This document shows, one piece after another, positions 11,632 to 19,281 of a DNA stretch of 24,000 nucleotides; position 1 is the first letter of the stretch; the number at the start of each line of letters is the position of its first letter. The stretch covers positions 23,738-47,737 of the forward strand of contig DATLFR010000026.1 of the NCBI GenBank assembly GCA_035540895.1, written 5' to 3'. The translations under genes and the position numbers were made by a program. This DNA is from Actinomycetota bacterium (lineage in GTDB: Bacteria; Actinomycetota; JAICYB01). The notes under the pieces were generated by a model that was given only the letters and a program-made list of their open reading frames with translations, was not told where the DNA came from and did no database searches.

Positions 11632-12881
11632 CCGCCCTGCTGGGGAGCCTCCTCGTCGTCCTGCTGGCCGCGTCCTGCCTGTTGACGATGGCGGAGGCGG
11701 CGCTCGGGCGGGTGAGCCGACTGCGTGCGGCCGCGCTCCAGGACGAAGGGAGACGGAACGCGGCCGCCCTCGTGAGGATCGAGGAGGATCCGCCCCGATA
11801 CCTCAACCCGATCTACTTCGCTCTCGTGCTGTCGCAGACGGGCTCGGCGATCCTGGTCGCTATCGCCGCGGACAGGCAGTTCGGCTCATGGGGGCTGACC
11901 GCCGCCGCCGTGCTCTTCACGGTCGGGTACTTCCTGCTCGTGGAGGCGATGTGCCGGACCCACGCCGTCCTGCACGCCGAGCCGGTGGCGTTGGCGCTGG
12001 CTCCCACGGTCCTGGCCGTGGCCCGGCTCCTCCGGCTCCCGACGCGCGGCCTCATCGGGATCGCGAACGTCGTCCTGCCCGGGAAGGGGTTGAAGGCGGG
12101 GCCGTTCGTCTCGGAGGAGGACATCCTCTCGATGGCGGAGGCAGGTTCGGAGGAAGGGGCGATCGAGGAGGAGGAGAAGGTCCTCATCGAGTCCATCTTC
12201 GAGTTCGGGGACACGCTCGTGAGGGAGATCATGGTGCCCCGTCCGGACATGGTCGTCGTCGAGGCCCACAAGCCGCTGCGCAAGGCGATGGACCTCTCGA
12301 TCAAGCACGGTTTCTCGCGCATCCCCGTGTACGACAAGGAGCCCGACAACGTGGTCGGGATCGTCTACGCGAAGGACCTCTTCAAGGCCACGCGCCGCAA
12401 CGGGGAGGACAAGACCGTCGAGCGCGTCATGCGCAAGCCCGTCTTCGTGCCCGAGACGAAGCCGGTCTCGGAGCTCCTGCGGGAGATGCAGGGCTCCCGC
12501 ACGCATATGGCGATCGTGGTCGACGAGTACGGCGACGTGGCCGGACTCGTGACCCTCGAGGACGTTCTCGAGGAGATCGTCGGTGAGATCATCGACGAGT
12601 TCGACGTGGACGAACCGGCGCTGGTGCCGGTCCGGAACGGGACCTGGCGAGTGAAGGCGAAGATGGCCATCTGGGAGCTCAACGAGCTCCTCGACCTCGA
12701 GCTCTCCACCGAGGAGGAGTGGACCACGGTGGGGGGGCTCATGGCCGCGCAGCTGGGGAAGCTCCCCGAGGAGGGGAACAGCGTCACCTACGACGGGCTG
12801 CGGCTGAAGGCGGAGAAGGTCACCGGACGCCGGATCGGCACCGTGCTGGTGACGCGGGTGGAGCCCGATGGAGACGGTTGA
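11628..12881 (+). CDS. CNNM/CorC-family membrane protein (DUF21 TM domain, CBS pair and CorC_HlyC domain)
   Basis: ATG 11628 overlaps the ybeY stop (ATGA). The N-terminus is hydrophobic (MTALLGSLLVVLLAASCLL...). The CBS region is EIMVPRPDMVVV...GFSRIPVY. The protein continues with HMAIVVDEYGDVAGLVTLEDVLEEIVGEI and a C-terminal transporter-associated domain. Confidence 0.88.
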   Translation: MTALLGSLLVVLLAASCLLTMAEAALGRVSRLRAAALQDEGRRNAAALVRIEEDPPRYLNPIYFALVLSQTGSAILVAIAADRQFGSWGLTAAAVLFTVGYFLLVEAMCRTHAVLHAEPVALALAPTVLAVARLLRLPTRGLIGIANVVLPGKGLKAGPFVSEEDILSMAEAGSEEGAIEEEEKVLIESIFEFGDTLVREIMVPRPDMVVVEAHKPLRKAMDLSIKHGFSRIPVYDKEPDNVVGIVYAKDLFKATRRNGEDKTVERVMRKPVFVPETKPVSELLREMQGSRTHMAIVVDEYGDVAGLVTLEDVLEEIVGEIIDEFDVDEPALVPVRNGTWRVKAKMAIWELNELLDLELSTEEEWTTVGGLMAAQLGKLPEEGNSVTYDGLRLKAEKVTGRRIGTVLVTRVEPDGDG

Positions 12882-13800
12882 CGGGCTGTCCATCGGTCAG
12901 ACCCCGGAGGGTTTCCGGTCCGGGTTCGTGTCGATCATCGGGCGCCCCAACGTCGGGAAGTCGACGCTCGTCAACCGCATACTGGGCACGAAGGTCGCGA
13001 TCACCTCGAAGCGTCCCCAGACGACGCGGAACGCGATCAGGGGCGTCCTCACCACGCCCGAGGCCCAGGTGGTGTTCGTGGACACGCCCGGGTTCCACAA
13101 GCCGCGTACGGCACTGGGGACGAAGCTGAACTCGGTCGTCATGCAGACGATGCGCGAGGTGGACGCGATCCTGTTCGTCGTCGACGCGGCCGAGGGGGTC
13201 GGACGCGGGGACTCGTTCATCGCCTCCGAGCTCGCGAAGGTGAGCACACCCACCATCTGCGTCCTGAACAAGTGCGACCTGCTCGACATGCCGCGCCTGG
13301 CCGCCCAGGTCGAGCACGCCCGGGCTCTCGGTGAGTTCCACGACGTCTACGCGATATCGGCCCTGACGGGTTCGACCGTGCCCGACCTGGTGCGCACGGT
13401 GACCGAACTCCTGCCCACGGGGCCGCTGTGGTACCCGCCGGACGCGGTGACCGACCAGGCGGAGTCGGTCCTCGTGGCCGAGCTCGTCCGCGAGAAGGCT
13501 CTGCGGCTCACCCGCGAGGAGGTCCCGCACTCGATCGCGGTGGTGGTGGAGGAGATGCGCGAGGACCCCGACACCCCCGGACGGGTCGAGATCGACGTGA
13601 TCGTCTACGTGGAGCGGGACAGCCAGAAGGGGATCGTGATCGGCAAGGGAGGGGAGATGCTCAAGCGGATCGGTGCCGAGGCCCGCCGGGAGATCGAGCC
13701 ACTGATCGGCGCCCACGTCTACCTCGATCTCCGGGTGAAGGTGAAGCGGGACTGGCAGCGCCAGCCCGGACTTATCGACCGGTTCGGCTACGGCACGTGA
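12868..13800 (+). CDS. era: GTPase Era
   Basis: GRPNVGKSTL (G1), DTPG (G3), NKCD (G4) and a C-terminal KH domain (KGIVIGKGGEMLKRIG). It overlaps the upstream gene by 14 nt. Confidence 0.95.
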   Translation: METVDGLSIGQTPEGFRSGFVSIIGRPNVGKSTLVNRILGTKVAITSKRPQTTRNAIRGVLTTPEAQVVFVDTPGFHKPRTALGTKLNSVVMQTMREVDAILFVVDAAEGVGRGDSFIASELAKVSTPTICVLNKCDLLDMPRLAAQVEHARALGEFHDVYAISALTGSTVPDLVRTVTELLPTGPLWYPPDAVTDQAESVLVAELVREKALRLTREEVPHSIAVVVEEMREDPDTPGRVEIDVIVYVERDSQKGIVIGKGGEMLKRIGAEARREIEPLIGAHVYLDLRVKVKRDWQRQPGLIDRFGYGT

Positions 13801-14150
13801 CGAACAGGTTCCCGGTCGCCTCGGGCGCGGTCTCCGTCCTGCTCGCCGTGGCCGTGGTCGCCGCGCTGAACAGAACCGCGGCGGGAGACGGGTACGTCCG
13901 GACGGCCGGGGCAGCCACCGCCGCGATGCTGGTCTGGTGCATCGCGGCGGTCATCCGCCGGCGTCAGTGGGCCATCGGCATCGCCTTCTTCCTGGGACTG
14001 CTCTGGCTGATCTCCGCCTCCGCCCTCGGTCTGCAGCGGCGACTCGACCCGGGGGCCACCACCGGGTGGGTAGCCTGGGCGGTGGCTCTGATGGCGGCGA
14101 GCTTGAAGGCGAGGGACGATGCCCGACCGGATCTACACCCGGCGGGGTGA
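13797..14150 (+). CDS. Small hypothetical membrane protein (about 117 aa, four predicted TM helices)
   Basis: GTG 13797 overlaps the era stop (GTGA). The ORF has high GC3 throughout. Four hydrophobic stretches are visible: AVSVLLAVAVVAAL, AATAAMLVWCIAAVI, WAIGIAFFLGLLWLISASALGL and GWVAWAVALMAASL. I recognise no family, and the start is uncertain (internal ATG near 13926). Confidence 0.5.
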   Translation: MTNRFPVASGAVSVLLAVAVVAALNRTAAGDGYVRTAGAATAAMLVWCIAAVIRRRQWAIGIAFFLGLLWLISASALGLQRRLDPGATTGWVAWAVALMAASLKARDDARPDLHPAG

Positions 14151-14688
14151 CGACGGCACCACCCAGCTCCTGTTCGGGGGGAAGGACCGGCTCCCGAAGA
14201 GCGACCCGCGCCCCTCCGCGTACGGCGAGGTGGACGAGTCGGTGGCCGCGCTCGGCGTGGCCCGGGCCGAGGCCCACGTCGCCGGTGAGGACGAGCTGGC
14301 CGAGCTGATCCTGCGGGTCCAGCGCGAGCTCTTCGTCGTGGGAGCCGAACTGGCCACCGCGCCCGACGACTGGGAGCGGCTCACCCCGGGGGTCTCCCAG
14401 GTGACCCAGGAGATGGTCGACCGGCTCGAGACCGACATCGACTCCCTTCGGTCCCGGTTCGAGATGCCGAAGGACTTCGTCGTGGCGGGGGAGACGCGGC
14501 TGGGAGCCGCGCTCGACCTAGCCCGGGCGGTCCTGAGGCGGGCCGAGCGGGCCGTGGTGCGGCTCTCGCTGGCCGAGCCGGTCCGGGGGGAGGTCCTCGC
14601 CTACGTGAACCGGCTGGCCGACCTGGCGTGGGCGATGGAGAGGTTCGCGGAGCGGTCCGAGCGCCAGCCGAGGCCGCGGGAGGGGTAG
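14119..14688 (+). CDS. ATP:cob(I)alamin adenosyltransferase, PduO type
   Basis: MPDRIYTRRGDDGTTQLLFGGKDRLPKSDPRPSAYGEVDESVAALG matches the canonical PduO/MMAB N-terminus (IYT-x-x-GD-x-GTT...K...AYG-x-xDE). The length is 189 aa. Confidence 0.88.
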   Translation: MPDRIYTRRGDDGTTQLLFGGKDRLPKSDPRPSAYGEVDESVAALGVARAEAHVAGEDELAELILRVQRELFVVGAELATAPDDWERLTPGVSQVTQEMVDRLETDIDSLRSRFEMPKDFVVAGETRLGAALDLARAVLRRAERAVVRLSLAEPVRGEVLAYVNRLADLAWAMERFAERSERQPRPREG

Positions 14689-14700
14689 TCCCGGTTCGTG

Positions 14701-14730
14701 GTCACCGACACCGGCAGCCGGTACGGTGAC
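14701..14730. promoter_or_regulatory. Nested imperfect inverted repeat / hairpin immediately upstream of recO
   Basis: GTCACCG (14701-14707) pairs with CGGTGAC (14724-14730), and the inner ACCGG (14710-14714) pairs with CCGGT (14718-14722), around a CAG loop. No T-tract follows. The right arm overlaps the TACGGT hexamer. Confidence 0.35.
14722..14727 (+). promoter_or_regulatory. Candidate -10 hexamer TACGGT upstream of recO
   Basis: A TAnnnT hexamer 8 nt upstream of ATG 14736, with no clear SD. Confidence 0.3.
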
Positions 14731-14735
14731 GGCCC

Positions 14736-15476
14736 ATGCGCGAACGTGGACACGCCCTCTACCGCGACCAGGGCATCGTCCTGCGCGGCATCAAGCTGGG
14801 CGAGGCCGATCGGATCCTCTCGGTCCTGACGCAGAACCACGGACGGATCCGCGTCGTCGCGAAGGGGGTGCGCAAATCGCGCTCCCGTTTCGGGGGCCGG
14901 ATCGACACCTTCACCCACGTCGACCTGCAGCTGTACCCGGGCCGGGAGCTCGACGGGATCACCCAGGCCGAGATCATCAAGCGGTACCCGCGGCTGCGGA
15001 GCGATTACCGCGCCTTCACCGCTGCCTCGGCGATGGCGGATGCCGTCGAGCGGACGACCCCCGAGCGGGAGCGCAACGTTCGCCTGTTCGTGCTGCTGCG
15101 GTCGGGCCTGCAGGCGCTGGAGGACGGCGCGGCCGACCCGGCTCTCCTCGCCTACGCGTTCCTCGCCAAGGCGGCCTCGGTGGCGGGCGTGCACCCCATG
15201 CTGGACGCGTGCACGGGGTGCGGGGGGCCCGACACCGTCGCGCTCTCGTTCTCCGGGGGCGGCGTCGTGTGCGGGTCGTGCGCCCAGCGGTCCGACCCCC
15301 GGGTATCGACCCCGATAACGGACGCCTGGACCAGCCTGCTCACCGACGACTGGGACACCCTGCGCGCCGGGAGCCTGGAGGCTCCCGTCCAGCGGGAGCT
15401 GTCCGGACTGCTCCTGGCGTTCGTCCAGTGGCAGCTCGACAACCGGTTCCGGGCCTTCGGGCTCATCGGCACCTGA
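14736..15476 (+). CDS. recO: DNA repair protein RecO
   Basis: The OB-fold N-terminus is YRDQGIVLRGIKLGEADRILSVLTQNHGRIRVVAKGVRKSRSRFGG. A Cys4 zinc motif is present (CTGCG...CGSC). The era-recO-uppS synteny is conserved. Confidence 0.92.
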   Translation: MRERGHALYRDQGIVLRGIKLGEADRILSVLTQNHGRIRVVAKGVRKSRSRFGGRIDTFTHVDLQLYPGRELDGITQAEIIKRYPRLRSDYRAFTAASAMADAVERTTPERERNVRLFVLLRSGLQALEDGAADPALLAYAFLAKAASVAGVHPMLDACTGCGGPDTVALSFSGGGVVCGSCAQRSDPRVSTPITDAWTSLLTDDWDTLRAGSLEAPVQRELSGLLLAFVQWQLDNRFRAFGLIGT

Positions 15477-15480
15477 CCCC

Positions 15481-15486
15481 TACACT
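15481..15486 (+). promoter_or_regulatory. Candidate -10 hexamer TACACT placed for a leaderless uppS mRNA
   Basis: A TAnnnT hexamer exactly 6 nt upstream of ATG 15493, with no SD in the 16-nt recO-uppS gap. Confidence 0.35.
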
Positions 15487-15492
15487 GTCGCG

Positions 15493-16229
15493 ATGAGCGA
15501 CGTCCTCAGCAGCATCGACCGCGACCGTCTCCCGGCGCACGTCGCCGTGATCATGGACGGCAACGGGAGGTGGGCGAAGGCGCGCGGGCTCCCACGCACC
15601 GAGGGACACCGGGCCGGCGAGCAGGCCATGGTGGACGCCGTCGACGGAGCGCTCGAGGTCGGGCTGCGGTGGCTGACCGTCTACGCGTTCTCGACCGAGA
15701 ACTGGAAGAGGCCCCCCGAAGAGGTCCGGTTCCTCATGGGCTACAACCGGGACCTGCTCCGCCGCCGACGCCAGGAGTTCCTGGACAAGGGGGTGCGTGT
15801 CCGGTTCATCGGACGTCGCAACGAGCGCCGGCTCCCGCGCAGCGTTGTCCGGATGGCCGAGGAGACCGAGGAGCTCACCGCCGGCTGCCGGGAGCTCAAC
15901 CTGACCATCGCCCTCAACTACGGGGGCCGGGCCGAGATAGTGGACTCCGTCCGTCACCTGGCCGAGCTCGTGGCGAGGGGGGAGATCGAGCCGGACCGGA
16001 TACGCGAGCGCGACATCGCCCGCCACATGTACGAACCGGACCTCCCCGACCCCGACGTGATCGTGCGCACCTCCGGAGAGTTCCGAACCTCCAACTACCT
16101 GCTCTGGCAGGGCGCGTACGCCGAGCTCGTCTTCACCCCCGTGCTGTGGCCGGACTTCACCCGCCGCGATCTGTGGGAGGCTATCGCCGAGTACCAGCGG
16201 CGCTCCCGGCGGTTCGGAGGCGTGGATTG

Positions 16230-16230
<1 letters not shown>
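15493..16230 (+). CDS. uppS: Undecaprenyl/isoprenyl diphosphate synthase (cis-prenyltransferase)
   Basis: [32 protein letters not shown] and [16 protein letters not shown] are all canonical UPPS motifs. Confidence 0.94.
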
Positions 16231-17099
<869 letters not shown>

Positions 17100-17120
17100 G
17101 GGCCCGGATCGGGCGCCCGG

Positions 17121-17126
17121 TAGGAT
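17121..17126 (+). promoter_or_regulatory. Candidate -10 hexamer TAGGAT upstream of glyS (the AGGA could instead be a weak SD)
   Basis: A TAnnnT hexamer 7 nt upstream of GTG 17134. The same bases contain AGGA, so the two readings cannot be separated from sequence alone. Confidence 0.25.
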
Positions 17127-17133
17127 ACGTCTC

Positions 17134-19281
17134 GTGCCCGACCTGCTGCTCGAGATCGGAACGGAGGAGCTCCCCCCGTCGGTGGTCGCCGCGGGCGAGG
17201 AGCAGCTCGCGGAGGCGGCGCCTCGCGCGCTGCGCGACCTCCGCCTGTCGCACGGCGCGGTCGAGGTGTTCGCCACCCCCCGGCGTCTGGCCTTCGTGGT
17301 GCGCGACGTGGCGGATGCTCAGGAACGCACGGTCACGGACCGCCGAGGCCCTCCAGCCGACCGGGCGTTCGACGACACCGGTGCGCCGACCCCGGCCGCC
17401 GTCGGCTTCGCCCGGTCCGCGGGCATCGACCCGTCCCAGCTCGAGCGGCGGGAGACCGACCAGGGGGCGTACGTGTATGCCAGGGTGGACGACCCCGGGC
17501 TCCCGGCGGCCGAGGTGCTTCCCGAGAAGCTGGCCGGGCTGATCGCCGGGCTCTCCTTCCCGAGGACGATGAAGTGGGACGCCTCGGAGGTGCGGTTCCC
17601 CCGCCCCATCAGGTGGCTGGTCGCCCTGCTCGGCGAGGACACGCTCCCGGTGCGACACGGCGACCTGGTCGCCGACAGGTTCTCGACCGGGCACCGCGTG
17701 TTCCACCCCGGTCCCGTCGAGATCGCCGAACCCGTGGCCTACGAGCGGGCGCTGTCCGCCGCCGGTGTCGTCGCCAGACGGGCGCGGCGTCGTGAGCTGG
17801 TGAGGGAGCAGGCCCTCGAGGCCGCCTCGAGCCGCGGCGGGTCACCCGTTCTGAGCGACGAGATCGTGGACGAGGTGACGGACATCGTCGAGCGTCCGGT
17901 CGCGATGGTCGGATCCTTCGACGCCGCCTACCTGGAGATCCCCCCGGACGTGCTCGTCACCGCGATGCAGGCCCACCAGCGCTACTTCGCCCTGCGCTCC
18001 GACGACGGCTCCCTCGCCCCGGGCTTCGTCGTCATCTCCAACGCCGATCCCTCGAACGGGTCGACCATCGTCGCCGGCAACGAGCGCGTCCTGAGGGCAC
18101 GCCTGGAGGACGCCCGCTTCTTCTTCGAAGAGGACCGCAAGGTCGCGCTGTCCGACCGGGTGGACCGGCTCTCCGAGGTGGTCGTCCATCCGCGGTTGGG
18201 GACGCTGCGCGACAAGTCGGATCGGCTCCAAGCCCTCGCCTCGCGCGTAGCGACCTGGATGGGGCTCGACGCCCCCGAGCGGGAGGCGGCCGGTCTCGCC
18301 GGGCGCTTGGCCAAGGCGGACCTGCTCACGCACCTGGTCTACGAGTTCCCGGAGCTGCAGGGGACGCTCGGGGGCTATTACGCGAGGATAGACCCTCACC
18401 TCGATGGGGGCGCGGTCGAGACCGTGGCCGGCGCGATCGCCGAGCAGTACCTCCCCCGGGGGGCGGGGGACGCGCTCCCCACCACCCCCGCCGGACGCGC
18501 CCTGGCGATAGCGGACCGTCTGGACACCCTCGTCGGATACATCGGGATCGGTCTGGCCCCCACGGGGTCAGAGGACCCGTACGCCCTCCGCCGCGCGGCG
18601 AACGGCCTGGCGACCATCAGCCATGAGGCCGAGGTGGCCTTCCCCCTCGACGAGGCGGTCGCGGCTGCGTGGGAGGGGTACGCGGGGTCCGGACGGGAGC
18701 TGCGCCCGCTCGCCGAGGTCGAGGCGGACGTCCGGACGCTGATCGCGTCGCGGGCAGAGGCGCTGCTGCAGCGTGATGCCGCCCTGCCCCGCCCCGTGCT
18801 CGCCGCCGCGCTGTCCGGACCGTGGACCGACCTGCCCGACCTGAGGCGGAGGACGCAGGCCCTGGGCACCCTGCACGAGCGCGGCGCCCTGCACCAGCTC
18901 GCCGTCGTCCACGAGAGGTGCCACAACCTCACCCGCCAGGGTCCGTACGGGGAGGTCGACCCATCGCTACTCGAGCACCCGGCCGAGGGCGCCCTCTACG
19001 AGAAGATGGCCGAGGTCTCCTCCGGCCACGCGACCGCGCTCGGATCCGGGGACCACGTGGGGGCTCTCGAGGCGCTCCTCCCGCTCGTGGGCGTCGTCGA
19101 GACCTTCTTCGACCGCGAGCGCGGTGTGATGGTGATGGCGGAGGACGCGGCCGTCCGGTCGAACAGGCAGGCGCTGCTGGCCACGGTCGCCGCCATGTTC
19201 GCGGCCGTCGCCGACTTCTCGAGGATCAACCCGGCCGATCTCGTTGCACGTGGCAGCGCCCAGGAGGGTCCAGATGGCTAA
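17134..19281 (+). CDS. glyS: Glycine--tRNA ligase beta subunit
   Basis: The GTG start gives VPDLLLEIGTEELPP, the canonical GlyS N-terminus. The protein is 715 aa and follows glyQ directly. The upstream part of the track ORF (from 17017) overlaps the glyQ 3' end in another frame. Confidence 0.93.
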   Translation: MPDLLLEIGTEELPPSVVAAGEEQLAEAAPRALRDLRLSHGAVEVFATPRRLAFVVRDVADAQERTVTDRRGPPADRAFDDTGAPTPAAVGFARSAGIDPSQLERRETDQGAYVYARVDDPGLPAAEVLPEKLAGLIAGLSFPRTMKWDASEVRFPRPIRWLVALLGEDTLPVRHGDLVADRFSTGHRVFHPGPVEIAEPVAYERALSAAGVVARRARRRELVREQALEAASSRGGSPVLSDEIVDEVTDIVERPVAMVGSFDAAYLEIPPDVLVTAMQAHQRYFALRSDDGSLAPGFVVISNADPSNGSTIVAGNERVLRARLEDARFFFEEDRKVALSDRVDRLSEVVVHPRLGTLRDKSDRLQALASRVATWMGLDAPEREAAGLAGRLAKADLLTHLVYEFPELQGTLGGYYARIDPHLDGGAVETVAGAIAEQYLPRGAGDALPTTPAGRALAIADRLDTLVGYIGIGLAPTGSEDPYALRRAANGLATISHEAEVAFPLDEAVAAAWEGYAGSGRELRPLAEVEADVRTLIASRAEALLQRDAALPRPVLAAALSGPWTDLPDLRRRTQALGTLHERGALHQLAVVHERCHNLTRQGPYGEVDPSLLEHPAEGALYEKMAEVSSGHATALGSGDHVGALEALLPLVGVVETFFDRERGVMVMAEDAAVRSNRQALLATVAAMFAAVADFSRINPADLVARGSAQEGPDG
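19262..19267 (+). promoter_or_regulatory. Shine-Dalgarno AGGAGG for ppdK
   Basis: A perfect AGGAGG 6 nt upstream of ATG 19274, inside the last codons of glyS. Confidence 0.6.

Noticed and set aside
14060-14118. A cobalamin riboswitch upstream of the PduO-type adenosyltransferase.
   Set aside because: The upstream sequence is occupied by an open, coding-like frame (the 4-TM ORF). There is no non-coding space, and I saw no B12-box-like conserved core.
14703-14710. TGTCGGTG on the minus strand, which resembles the actinobacterial RecA-NDp / PafBC-type element (TGTCRGTG-N8-TAnnnT) and lies upstream of recO.
   Set aside because: The motif is in the wrong orientation for recO. The minus strand has no TAnnnT at the required 8-nt spacing (the sequence there is CCGGGA) and no gene to drive. 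The match is probably a by-product of the palindrome.
17100-17117. A GC-rich hairpin (GGGCCCG-gat-CGGGCgCC) just after the glyQ stop, considered as a possible terminator.
   Set aside because: It is a short bulged stem with a 3-nt loop and no following T-tract, and glyS starts 17 nt later. It is not convincing as an intrinsic terminator. At most it is an mRNA-stability element.
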